IMG/VR virus record: IMGVR_UViG_3300031368_000001
Span: 44,286-108,285 of that record
Strand: one strand, 5' to 3'
DNA from: a virus
Length of the DNA stretch: 64,000 nucleotides
Below, piece by piece: positions 17,415 through 27,352 of this stretch (position 1 is its first letter; each line of letters begins with the position of its first letter). Position numbers and translations under genes: made by a program. The notes under the pieces were generated by a model. That model did not search any database. It was not told where the DNA came from and saw nothing but the letters and a program-made list of their open reading frames with translations.

Positions 17415-17472
17415 ATTTAAATGGATTGAGAGAGCCAATTGCTGCAACTGATTTGTAACGTTAAGCAACAAT

Positions 17473-17796
17473 ATGAGAATATCAGAACAAACAATAAAAA
17501 AGATTTTAGAAGATAATTTAGATCTATCAGATTTTCTACAAGATTATGATGAGTTGAAATATCGAATAGGGAATATGGGACGTGGTAAGACAAAAGGAAA
17601 ATCAAAATTCAAAGGAGTTGATTTTGATATCTGCAAAAAACAATGGAGGGCGCGAATCACAGAAAATTATTCTAGAAAATTTCTTGGTTATTTTGATTCT
17701 GAAGTAGAAGCAGCTAAAAAATATGATCAAGCGGCTCTATTGATATTTGGAAGATATGCTAGACTAAATCGTGAAATTTTTCCAGGTGAGTTTTAA
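17473..17796 (+). CDS. AP2-domain DNA-binding protein
   Basis: SKFKGV....KQWRARI......FLGYFDSEVEAAKKYDQAA...FG.YARLN. Confidence 0.85.
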   Translation: MRISEQTIKKILEDNLDLSDFLQDYDELKYRIGNMGRGKTKGKSKFKGVDFDICKKQWRARITENYSRKFLGYFDSEVEAAKKYDQAALLIFGRYARLNREIFPGEF

Positions 17797-18095
17797 TTGG
17801 TAAATTATCTTATAGGAAGAAACTATGAATCTCCTTCTCACACTACTTATAATTATCTTAGTCCTTGAAGGCATTAGCAGAACCGAAATCACTGTTCACT
17901 GTTGCATCACGGACTGTAACAATATAACAACATGGACACTGACTTACTGGCTTATAGCCTGTTTTTTTACCGTCAGTTGGCATCCTTATGTATGTGGAAA
18001 ACATTGGGAACTTTTTGAAGAAATAGGAAAAGAGGATGAGGTGAAACTTAGAGAAAAAGTGGAGAAGAAATAATAAACAAAGCAAGGAAAATTTA

Positions 18096-18470
18096 ATGTA
18101 TGGTATTTCTATAAAACAACCTTGGGCGAGCCTAATAATTACAGGAATAAAACCTATTGAAAACAGAACTTGGTCTACATCTTATCGGGGGCCTCTCTTA
18201 ATTCACGCTTCAAAAAAATGGGATAAGGATGGGGCTGAATTTATCACTGAATCACATCCAGAATTAAAAAATTTGGTTCAAACCAGCAGAAATCTTACTG
18301 GAGTATTTCTTGGACAAGTTTTAATGATCGATTGTGTTCAGAAACATAGTTCTGAATGGTTCTTTGGACCTTATGGATTTGTATTTATGCATTCCAGAGA
18401 ATTTTATAAACCTATTCCATACAAAGGTCACCTAAGAATTTTTAGTGTGCCTGATAATGTTTTGTACTAA
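18096..18470 (+). CDS. ASCH domain protein
   Basis: ISIKQPWASLIITGIKPIENRTWST.YRGPLLIHASK. Confidence 0.9.
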   Translation: MYGISIKQPWASLIITGIKPIENRTWSTSYRGPLLIHASKKWDKDGAEFITESHPELKNLVQTSRNLTGVFLGQVLMIDCVQKHSSEWFFGPYGFVFMHSREFYKPIPYKGHLRIFSVPDNVLY

Positions 18471-18502
18471 AAATACAGGCTAAAAATACAGGCTAAAAAT
18501 AC

Positions 18503-18928
18503 ATGAATCTCCCCAACTCTGAATCGATCAGTTACTGGAAAACAAGTCAATCTTCTCCGGATAAATGGATTGAACGAGCTAGTAGAGTTATCGAACAATA
18601 TGACGGTAAGGTGCTTGCTGAAGGATTTGGTAGCAACGCTAACAGCCATGCTGCGTATATGATTGGTTTTGAGATGCATGGTGAAAAATTCAAGGCAGTC
18701 TGGCCTGTACTTCCGTCAGATACGAAAAATGAAAGAGCAGCTAGGATTCAGGCAGCTACTTTGCTTTACCACGACATAAAAGCTAAGTGTATCTCAGCTA
18801 CGGTGCTAGGAGCCAGGGTAGCATTTTTTAGTTATCTTATGTTACCAGATGGAAGAACTGCTGGTGAGGCTACGGAGAAAGAATTGCTGGAAGGGATCCC
18901 GAAACAAATATTGTTGACAGAGATATGA
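18503..18928 (+). CDS. hypothetical protein
   Basis: 141-aa ORF in the operon. Confidence 0.65.
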   Translation: MNLPNSESISYWKTSQSSPDKWIERASRVIEQYDGKVLAEGFGSNANSHAAYMIGFEMHGEKFKAVWPVLPSDTKNERAARIQAATLLYHDIKAKCISATVLGARVAFFSYLMLPDGRTAGEATEKELLEGIPKQILLTEI

Positions 18929-19282
18929 GGAAAAGAGATGGAAGCTCGCATTAAAACAATTATATTTATTGGTTGGTTTTTGATTACAATAAGTTCTTCT
19001 ATTTGTGTCATGATAGAAGTATGGCGATGTAGGTGGATAGAATGTTTTCTGTACCTGGCATTAATTTTTATAATTAATGCTACTCTTAGAATTATCTCTA
19101 AAAAAAAGATAAAACAGAATGGCAAATAAAACAATCAAAACCATAGATCAATTTAGGAAGACATATTTTCCTAAAGAATATGAAAGACAGAAATTGAGTG
19201 AGATGTCATCCACAGAGCTTGGAGAGGACCTGGCAAAAAAGTTTATAATTAAGATCAGGAAAAAATATGGAAAAGAGATAAA

Positions 19283-19501
19283 ATGTTCTTCATTAAAGGT
19301 TACCACAACATAAAATTTGGTAAAGTTATTAAACCTAAGAAGGGTTTACCATATATCAAAATCATTTTGCTAAAACCAGGCGCACCGGATAAAACCATAG
19401 AAGCAGGCTCTGTGATCTGGGATCTCAAGAAAAAACAGTGGGAGTTGAGAACACGGAAAGAAACGGATGAATTAGTGAAAGAGATGGGGGGGGAGAGATG
19501 A
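19283..19501 (+). CDS. hypothetical protein
   Basis: 72-aa ORF in the operon. Confidence 0.5.
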   Translation: MFFIKGYHNIKFGKVIKPKKGLPYIKIILLKPGAPDKTIEAGSVIWDLKKKQWELRTRKETDELVKEMGGER

Positions 19502-19751
19502 CCTTCTTTTTTAAACAAAAAAATATATAGGCTTCGATCAGAAGGCGAAATTATCCCCCCGTGGTATTTTAGTCTTGTTTATATAGATTATATGCACAGA
19601 AAAGATATCTGGTGTCCAATTCCTTTGAATTATATTCTCAGAGCTATGAAATTTATAGAATACTCTTGGATAAATTTCGTTCAAAGCCTACATGGATAGA
19701 CAAAAGAGTCGAAAAGTATATAAGCAAAATTAATAAAGGAAGGAAAAACTA

Positions 19752-20156
19752 ATGTCTCGACCAAAAATAGACTGGGATGAGCTACTTGATGGTTATAATG
19801 AAATGTATGATTTTCACTTTAACACCATAGAAGAGTTTGTAAAGAGTTTGTATGATATTCATCGAATCGAGGAAGCCGCAAAAATTCTCGGAGTTTCTAC
19901 ATCAGTATTTCAGGAGAAAATGGCTGAACTAAAAATTCCTCGGGAACCAAAAGGACATCGAAAACCAACTAAGCTTGATAAGTTTAAGGCCTTAGATGAT
20001 AACGAAGCTTTTAAGTTACCTCTTGGAGAAACAGCTAAGTTAGTCAATGTTTCAGATAACCATGCACAGGTACTGCGATCATTGCGGAAAAGAGGATACG
20101 AATATTATGAAGGTCAGAAAAGAAAGAAGAAAAATGCTAGTTTTTCAAGATCCTGA
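19752..20156 (+). CDS. HTH-containing protein
   Basis: IEEAAKILGVSTS. Confidence 0.55.
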   Translation: MSRPKIDWDELLDGYNEMYDFHFNTIEEFVKSLYDIHRIEEAAKILGVSTSVFQEKMAELKIPREPKGHRKPTKLDKFKALDDNEAFKLPLGETAKLVNVSDNHAQVLRSLRKRGYEYYEGQKRKKKNASFSRS

Positions 20157-20339
20157 AAAACAAAAAAGGCTTGAGTGGATAGTAAACTATTTGGTTGAAG
20201 AAAATTTTCTACCTGAGCATTTAGATGCTATCATCAAAATAATCGGATTATTTAATGATTGTGAGGAATCAGAAACAGAAATATTTGAATTTGTTGATAA
20301 ATTAGAAACGAAATACTCAGAATAAAGGGAGGACACAAT

Positions 20340-20591
20340 ATGTCTGAACCAATTAAAAGTATAACTAAGTGTGAATTTTGCGGAGCTTCTATAGAAATAG
20401 TAAGTCCGCCACTGCACGAATATTATGAAGCTGGTCAAATTCAAATAGAAAAAGGAACAATTCTGCTGTCAGAGAAGATAATCAAAGCTCATCATAAAGA
20501 TGGATATTCAGATAGCCATTGTAAGCATATCGATGGATATTATTGTAATACTGCTTGTTTGATGGCAAAACTGAGAGAGATCTTGGTTTAA
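20340..20591 (+). CDS. small Cys-rich protein
   Basis: CEFCG...YYCNTAC; GGAGG RBS. Confidence 0.6.
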   Translation: MSEPIKSITKCEFCGASIEIVSPPLHEYYEAGQIQIEKGTILLSEKIIKAHHKDGYSDSHCKHIDGYYCNTACLMAKLREILV

Positions 20592-20889
20592 CACGAGTAT
20601 AAACCACTCACGAGTTAATTCAGGTATAGGAACAATTATGTATAAAATTACCGATGAAAAAATCAAGAAAGCCAAGCGGAAACTTGCAAAAATGTCTAAA
20701 GAAAAAAAGTGGGATTTAATAGAAAAATCTTTTGGGATGTGGGCAGATAATTCTCATACAGATGGGAACGCCGATTGGGATGGTTCTTTTCTAACAATTA
20801 ACTCAGTAAGCGTGAGGTGTGCTGAAACTCAATAATTAAAAGAAAAAAATGAACTAAAGATATCATAAGAATAGGAGGAAATTCAAATA

Positions 20890-21330
20890 ATGCTTAATGA
20901 AGAAAAACGATTTCAGTCAGTAGAACTAGAGGCCTTGAAATTTAAGATTGAAAAAACTTTTCCTACTATTCAGGAAGTGGATCCTAAATTCAGATTTGAT
21001 AGTATTTTACAACAAGGAATACTTGAACTCCAAACAAAAATTTGGGCTGAGTGTTTACAAACCAAGTCAAAAGTTGTAACCCATGAATTCTGCTTTCCAA
21101 GAACCTGGTGGCAACATCTCAAAAAAGAAAAATTTCCTGGGTGGCTTCTTAAAAAATTTCCTATCGACTTTAAAAAAGAAATTCAGAAAACGCGGATTAG
21201 ATTTCAGCAATATGCAAAATTTCCGAGCTTTAATTATAAATCTGACAAAAAATTTGAAAAGTTTGTCATTGAAGAGATTATGGACGCTAAAGAAATTCTA
21301 TCCGAGCATAAAATTGATAAGATCAAGTAG
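20890..21330 (+). CDS. conserved phage hypothetical protein
   Basis: FPRTWWQHLK...FP.WLL.KFP motif; AGGAGG RBS. Confidence 0.65.
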   Translation: MLNEEKRFQSVELEALKFKIEKTFPTIQEVDPKFRFDSILQQGILELQTKIWAECLQTKSKVVTHEFCFPRTWWQHLKKEKFPGWLLKKFPIDFKKEIQKTRIRFQQYAKFPSFNYKSDKKFEKFVIEEIMDAKEILSEHKIDKIK

Positions 21331-21619
21331 GTTCACTCTTCGTAAAACTTACGCTTGGTAAAAAGCGTTATGTGGAATTACTTTAAACAAAATTGGAAGC
21401 AAATAATTCATATCCTTTTTAGCACATACTATTTTGGAGTGAATAATAAGTGGTGGAGTTATTTTCCATCTATGTTTGGTATTCCTATCTGGAAAAGAAA
21501 TCCAAACCGAATCTGGAAGAATTATGAAGGAGCTAAGTTTCGAGCATTACATTGTTATTTTATACGTTCCAAAACAGCAAAGAAAATATTTCCGACTAAC
21601 TTCCGAGAATAATAACTAA

Positions 21620-22096
21620 TCACTCTTTCTTCTCCCCTGGTCCCGCACTCTTCTTCCATACCCATAAATCGGAATGATCTTGACGTGAAAGAGTAAAAAG
21701 TCCTTTCAGATGTTTACTATTCAATAAAAATTTCCAGAAATCATTCATGATGTAGAAAGTGGCCTTGCCTGATGTAAGTTGTCTCAGGTGCGAAGGAGTA
21801 GCTTTTGATATATTCCACCATCCTTTAGGATCAGGTTCCAGGTAGCTCTTATCCTCTTTTTCCTTTCCCCTCTCAAGCGCTCTCTCATCTGGGCATGGCG
21901 TCCATGATGCTGAGATTTCTTTATTCTCGATGGGATTGGAAGTCAGGGCAAAGGAGGTGATGGGATGATTTCTATCTACTGATAAATCAAAAAACACTCT
22001 CCAGAGAATGCGTGAAGCGCCTTCACGAATTACGTGTTGACCACGAAAAGTTTGTACGACTAAGCTAAAATTTACAGATTTTTCAGGAAGCTCCAT
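21620..22096 (-). CDS. hypothetical protein, possibly degenerate LigD 3'-phosphoesterase-like fold
   Basis: FSLVVQTF..., GKATF...KFLLNSKHLKGLFTL...LWVW resembles the LigD-PE beta-barrel layout. Confidence 0.4.
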   Translation of the reverse strand: MELPEKSVNFSLVVQTFRGQHVIREGASRILWRVFFDLSVDRNHPITSFALTSNPIENKEISASWTPCPDERALERGKEKEDKSYLEPDPKGWWNISKATPSHLRQLTSGKATFYIMNDFWKFLLNSKHLKGLFTLSRQDHSDLWVWKKSAGPGEKKE

Positions 22097-22108
22097 GATT
22101 ACTCTCCT

Positions 22109-25100
22109 TTATTCTTTACTGCTAAGTTCATCCAAAATAGCTATATGCATATTATAAATATCTTGCCAGCTCCTCTGTAGCCACATTCCTGACAGAAATC
22201 CAATCCCTGCTTTCTGTGCTTCCCAGGCTCGATACATTTGTTCAGCCTTTGCTCTTTTTACTTTCTTCGCAAGCTCATCCAATGATTTTCCTTCTTTCTC
22301 AGATTGAGGCATTTTTTTAATTTCTTCATCAATCATTTCTTTAGTTGGAAGTCCTCTGCTTTCCATAATACCATAGATGTAATGAATCTTTTGTGGACCC
22401 GGCGAGGTAACTGTTCCTACAAATTCTTTAAACATCCAGGAAGATACAGCATCAACCAATTGACCTTGTGGAATCACTGTTCTCCATTCTTCTTTTTCTG
22501 CTAATTGTAGCGGTGCGAGGACATATTTTTTCCATATAGGAAGCAAACCCAGCCAGTCATCTAAAAAATCGACTGTAACTTTTGCCCATGTAACCTTTTG
22601 TCGATCTAAATAATCCTGCATATTCTTGATTTTTGCTCTTGAAAAAATTCTTGTTCTATTCTCAACAGGAATTTTTTCCATCATTTTAATTTGTCCTTTT
22701 ATATTCGCATCTTGAGCTTCCCTCCATTTTGGCTCTCCATGATACTTTGTAAAGACTTTTATATATTTATAAGCAGAAAGCCAGGAAAGTGGGTTGAAAT
22801 AAGTTCCAGGAATCAAATACACTGGAACCATGGTCTTTATTGAAAAATTAACATTGCTTCCTGTCCGCTTGCTCCACCAGTTCCATACACCTCGAATAGC
22901 GCCTAATTTCCATGGATGGTACATAAAATCTTTTAGCCAGTAGGCGTTATTGCGAATGTTAAAGGTAAAGAAGGGAAAAATTCTCTCAAGTGAAACCTCA
23001 ACCGCCATCTTATTTTTATAATCAAAGAATACACGGTTCACTTCTTTGATTCCTTTTTCTCTCATTATTTCTGCAAAGTCATCCAGGATTTTTCCCTGTT
23101 TAAATAACTTTTTAGCATAAGCATCCACATAACCTGAAAAATACCATTCTCGTGCTTTTGTCTCCGGGCCTCCTAAAAGGGCTTCGTACAATACATTTCT
23201 ATGAGTTTGATACCAGTTTGTCTTTCCAAGCACCTCACTAAGTTCTGCTTCAGTTTTTACAAAAAAACTACCGCTGACTTCTTTTGGAATCGGGATAATC
23301 GGTGTTCCTCGCTTCCTCATTAGTGGCCAGAAAAACTCTCCTCTGAAAAATGAATTAAGTGATTCATTCATTGCTTTTAAAGTATTGTCAGCCATGTTGC
23401 GAATAGATACCCCAGGTGCATAGATAAGAACACAATCTTTCCAGAAAGACTTGAAATAATCTACTTCATCCAAAATAAATTTTCCAGCTTTAAGAGTATC
23501 ATAATTCATTTGTCCTTTGAATGTATCTATATTTGCCAATGCAGCTGTAATTCTATCTGCCAAGGTTTTACTTCGGAGAACTCTGGCTGAATAAAAACAT
23601 GAATTGATTATTCTTCTGAAAATTCCTGGCTCATATGGAGTTTGCATTTTTCCGCTTGGAAATAAGCCAATTTTGCTCTCTGGCACTACGCCCACATCCC
23701 CTATTCTTTTTGGTAGTTTTGTAAAAATTTTTAAAGCTTTGATTTGTGAAGCAAGCAGATTAAAAAAAAGTTTCGTTATTGGCTTAACAAAATTTAGAGT
23801 AACAACTTCTAAGATTAAATTTTTCATTCCACTTAATTGTTCTTCGACTTCAAGTACCTGACCTTCATTTAGGAGTCTTACAGCAATAGCATCTGCTTTA
23901 GCCATTAGGGGAGCTCTTTTTTTAGGGTTTAATGCAATCATTTCAAGCAGCGATAAATCTGCTGATTTTAAAACTTCCCGGACTGCTTGTTCATAAGCAA
24001 CTATAAAATCTTTGACTAATGGCTGTCCAGCCCAGATCATGAAAGCTTTATCTACCACATTCATATTACCAGTATCTACAACTAGGCTTTTTAATAACTC
24101 CTTGTATTCTAATAATAAAGAATGAACTACTCCCCACATAGATTTTATCTTCACATTTTTTTTATCTTTAATTAAAAGATTAGTAGCAGCATCGATCACC
24201 CATTGTGATTTATATAAATTTTTATCTTTCACAGGCAGAAATACATAATGTCTTCCTTCGCCTTTTTTTTCCCCGGGAAATTCTACTTCAAGTGATGGAT
24301 GGTCAGCTCCCTTGCATAAAATTTTTCCTTCTCCGGGATAAGTTGGAAGAGTATCTATGTTGAACGGTGATTTTGAGGCGAGATACAAACAATCGGGACA
24401 ATGATTCCAAATAATTTTTTCTTTCTTATCTTTCCCACCATAAGTACCCTTCCCGGGATTCCACCAAAATCTCAGGCTTTTTGGAGGATCATAGAATAAA
24501 GTAGATTTAATTTTAGAAAGTACCGATTTCGAAGGAACTTTAACCTTATCTATTTTTACTTCCCATGGGGTAACTACTCCTCCTATCGTAGTTTTCATCT
24601 CAGGTTTTTCTTTTCTTATATAGCTTAGGTGTCCTCGTGCAGCAAATTGTTCTGCATACTCTAATGCTACTTCTTTCTTTTTAATAGCATCTATCAATTC
24701 ATCTCTAATTTTATGAGCTTTCGATTGTTCCTTAATCTTCCAGTATTGATATTCAGAAGGGATTTGACTTCTGATTTTTTTGGGGAGGGCAGAAATTTCA
24801 GCAGGCGGATACCAGTGTTTTTTCAGAGCGCGGGGATCAAGGACATAAGGACCGGGATCGGCGAAGAAGGACATCCAGACTGTGTAGCCTTTTCCAGTTT
24901 TACTTTCAGCACCCTCTCCAATTGATTGCTGTCGCCATACGTTAGGAAGTAGGCGGAACGTTAGTCTGCCACTAAGTTTTTTGCCGGTAAGAAAATATTC
25001 AAAGAAATGAGGTTTGCGCGTGCCAAATTCTACAAATCCTTTATCAACAATTCCCATGTAGCCTTTTAAATTTTTTGTTGCTCCAATTGTTCCTTCAGGA

Positions 25101-25390
25101 AAGGTAGCCTTATCAATGGTAAGCCATTCCATTGGCTCAAGACTTTTTTTCTCAGAAACTGTTTTTTTCGTAGGATCAAGTAGAAGTTTAATCGCAGAAT
25201 TTAACTTTTTCTCTATAAGTTTTTCTGCATCTGAGTAATTTTTAGGATCAGATTCTATCGATAAAATCCAATTCAGGGTCCAGCCTTCTAGTCTTTGAGA
25301 GTCAATCTGAAGTCGAAGATCTCCGTGAACTGAGTTAAGACCGGCCCCTAGAATGCCATTGGAGCACCCATCTCCACTTTTTATTTTCAT
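22109..25390 (-). CDS. large multidomain protein: N-terminal LigD phosphoesterase-like domain + long helical virion/ejection-type region
   Basis: VHGDLRL...LEGWT...DKGFVEFG...FEYFLTGKKLSGRLTFR; C-terminal EVNRVFFDY...RIFPFFTF pattern of large phage internal proteins. Confidence 0.55.
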   Translation of the reverse strand: MKIKSGDGCSNGILGAGLNSVHGDLRLQIDSQRLEGWTLNWILSIESDPKNYSDAEKLIEKKLNSAIKLLLDPTKKTVSEKKSLEPMEWLTIDKATFPEGTIGATKNLKGYMGIVDKGFVEFGTRKPHFFEYFLTGKKLSGRLTFRLLPNVWRQQSIGEGAESKTGKGYTVWMSFFADPGPYVLDPRALKKHWYPPAEISALPKKIRSQIPSEYQYWKIKEQSKAHKIRDELIDAIKKKEVALEYAEQFAARGHLSYIRKEKPEMKTTIGGVVTPWEVKIDKVKVPSKSVLSKIKSTLFYDPPKSLRFWWNPGKGTYGGKDKKEKIIWNHCPDCLYLASKSPFNIDTLPTYPGEGKILCKGADHPSLEVEFPGEKKGEGRHYVFLPVKDKNLYKSQWVIDAATNLLIKDKKNVKIKSMWGVVHSLLLEYKELLKSLVVDTGNMNVVDKAFMIWAGQPLVKDFIVAYEQAVREVLKSADLSLLEMIALNPKKRAPLMAKADAIAVRLLNEGQVLEVEEQLSGMKNLILEVVTLNFVKPITKLFFNLLASQIKALKIFTKLPKRIGDVGVVPESKIGLFPSGKMQTPYEPGIFRRIINSCFYSARVLRSKTLADRITAALANIDTFKGQMNYDTLKAGKFILDEVDYFKSFWKDCVLIYAPGVSIRNMADNTLKAMNESLNSFFRGEFFWPLMRKRGTPIIPIPKEVSGSFFVKTEAELSEVLGKTNWYQTHRNVLYEALLGGPETKAREWYFSGYVDAYAKKLFKQGKILDDFAEIMREKGIKEVNRVFFDYKNKMAVEVSLERIFPFFTFNIRNNAYWLKDFMYHPWKLGAIRGVWNWWSKRTGSNVNFSIKTMVPVYLIPGTYFNPLSWLSAYKYIKVFTKYHGEPKWREAQDANIKGQIKMMEKIPVENRTRIFSRAKIKNMQDYLDRQKVTWAKVTVDFLDDWLGLLPIWKKYVLAPLQLAEKEEWRTVIPQGQLVDAVSSWMFKEFVGTVTSPGPQKIHYIYGIMESRGLPTKEMIDEEIKKMPQSEKEGKSLDELAKKVKRAKAEQMYRAWEAQKAGIGFLSGMWLQRSWQDIYNMHIAILDELSSKE

Positions 25391-25436
25391 TTGGATATGA
25401 AGATACGGAACCGATAAATCATCACCTCCTTTCCCA

Positions 25437-25673
25437 CTACCCTCTAATCAATAACGTTGTTAATGTTGCGCAGGCTGCAAATAATATACTGATAACTACT
25501 GTAACCACCCAGGGAGGCCTGGAATAAACTAATTGACTAATTTCATCCTGTCTATTACAAATTTGTATAATTTTAGTATCAATCCGTTTTTGAAAACCCG
25601 AAAATTCATTCTCCATAGATTTGACTTTTTGTACAACTCCAGCAACTTGTCTTCCAAGTTCATCATTGTCCAT
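25437..25673 (-). CDS. coiled-coil + single TM protein (holin/antiholin-like)
   Basis: C-terminal hydrophobic helix; adjacent to the lysin. Confidence 0.5.
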   Translation of the reverse strand: MDNDELGRQVAGVVQKVKSMENEFSGFQKRIDTKIIQICNRQDEISQLVYSRPPWVVTVVISILFAACATLTTLLIRG

Positions 25674-25679
25674 AATGGT

Positions 25680-26249
25680 TTACCTCTTGGATAGTTCTAT
25701 TCTCTTAGCCCAACCTCGCGCATACTTTTCTTGCAAAGAACTTTTTTTCATAATTTTAATAAAACGCATTCCTTGAAAAACATTCATCCAGATCAGTAAA
25801 TTTTCTGAACTATCTTTTTTGAGATAAGCCTCTAATGCACTCAGAGTTTTTGGGCCAATCACACCATCTTCTACGAGATCTAAAAACAAGAATTCATTAC
25901 GATTTAATAAGTTCAATGATTGCTGTAAAATTATAATTGCCTGATGATTTCCCATATTAACTGCTGTGTCAAAAAGTTCTTGTGCTACATCGAATGAAGA
26001 AATTTTATTACCCATAATTTCATCCCAAAACTTGAGACGATAAAATTTTTTGACAACATGAAATAATCTTTCCTCGAACTTGGCAGAAAACGGTGGGGTA
26101 TAAGAATCAATTACTTTCCATCCAGGCCAGCTGGGATGTTTGTTTCTAGAAATTCCCTTATAGGTCTCACCCCCAAAATCATCTGGGTCGTTTGAGTATA
26201 AACCCTCGTGTTTTAAAGTATTAGTTAAAATTTTTGTGAAGCTGTTCAT
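25680..26249 (-). CDS. endolysin, glycoside hydrolase family 108
   Basis: HEGLYSNDPDDFGGETYKGIS, LFDTAVNMG, DGVIGPKTL, KYARGWAKR. Confidence 0.92.
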   Translation of the reverse strand: MNSFTKILTNTLKHEGLYSNDPDDFGGETYKGISRNKHPSWPGWKVIDSYTPPFSAKFEERLFHVVKKFYRLKFWDEIMGNKISSFDVAQELFDTAVNMGNHQAIIILQQSLNLLNRNEFLFLDLVEDGVIGPKTLSALEAYLKKDSSENLLIWMNVFQGMRFIKIMKKSSLQEKYARGWAKRIELSKR

Positions 26250-26266
26250 GATTTAATCTAATCTGG

Positions 26267-26911
26267 CTATATTTTAATCCCAAGCGATAAAATTACTGAT
26301 AGTTCATTTTTTTCGTCAGTCTCTGGTCTCGATCTGTATTGATCAGTAAGTGATAATTTCAGTGATAAGCGTGCAGCAATTTTTTGCTTAATTGAAGCCT
26401 CTCCGGTAAAGATGTAGTCATCCAAATCTTCAAGATTTGGTTGGTAGAAAATCACTGCTTTGAATGATTTTACTTTACCTTTGAGTCTAAGTGAGAGTCG
26501 GTTTATATCCAAAGTATCACTCTCAATTTTTTGATGATGTTGTAAATAACCAATTGAGACAGAAAAGTTTTTACAGAAACTATATTTTGGACCACCTCCA
26601 AAGAAGTTTTCAAAATCTATTTTTCTGAGTTTATTATATCCAGCCTGGTCAAAAAACCAGAGAGACCATTTATCATTGAGCTTCGGATCGTATCCTAAAC
26701 GTAAGAAAGCTTTATTCTCGATTTCTAAGTCATTCCGCTCACCATAGTTTAGTTTACTCACCAAACTAATTTCCTTGATTTTAGTATCGAGTCCGAGGTA
26801 GAATGATTGTGAATCTGTAATTCCAGATTTAGCAGACAAGCCTATATCAAGATCTCCAGCGAGGGTCTGGAGTGGAAAAAATAAAATTAAAAATATTAGA
26901 AATCTTTTCAA
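26267..26911 (-). CDS. outer-membrane beta-barrel protein (DUF481-like)
   Basis: Signal peptide, alternating amphipathic strands, GGGPKY, YQPNLED..DY. Confidence 0.75.
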   Translation of the reverse strand: MKRFLIFLILFFPLQTLAGDLDIGLSAKSGITDSQSFYLGLDTKIKEISLVSKLNYGERNDLEIENKAFLRLGYDPKLNDKWSLWFFDQAGYNKLRKIDFENFFGGGPKYSFCKNFSVSIGYLQHHQKIESDTLDINRLSLRLKGKVKSFKAVIFYQPNLEDLDDYIFTGEASIKQKIAARLSLKLSLTDQYRSRPETDEKNELSVILSLGIKI

Positions 26912-27138
26912 TTGCTTTGTCCTGGCGGAACAATATTTCTTGGTTTTGGCATGATCTTTATACGATTTGAGAGATTAGTTCCAGAAAAGAGAAATTCAGG
27001 AATCATGACACAATCATATTGTTCAAGAATCGTATTAATCTCAGCTAAACATTTACTGGTTCTAACTTTATCATCACCCTCGATAAATTTGACATTATTA
27101 TGTTTTAAATTTTTGAGTTGGCTCTTTACACTTTTCAT
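26908..27138 (-). CDS. hypothetical protein
   Basis: 76-aa ORF overlapping the next gene. Confidence 0.55.
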   Translation of the reverse strand: MKSVKSQLKNLKHNNVKFIEGDDKVRTSKCLAEINTILEQYDCVMIPEFLFSGTNLSNRIKIMPKPRNIVPPGQSN

Positions 27139-27352
27139 AAATATTTTTCCTTATTTAAAGGTTTATTTTTCTTGAATTATTCTTAAAATTTTGTTTTTTC
27201 CAGCAGAAGTACAAAGATAGTTTTTAATTTCTTCAAAATCGGTAGAATTTTCGATAACTATAAACCTATCTGGAATGGGCTTTCTTTTTTTAATAAATTC
27301 CTGGATACATTTTTTGAAACAGTCTATTGGTATTATCGACATTATATCTTTC

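Noticed and set aside
20586-20630. Possible attC remnant (TTTAACACGAG...GAGTTAATTCAGG)
   Set aside because: Short, lacks the terminal GTT and a matching cassette start
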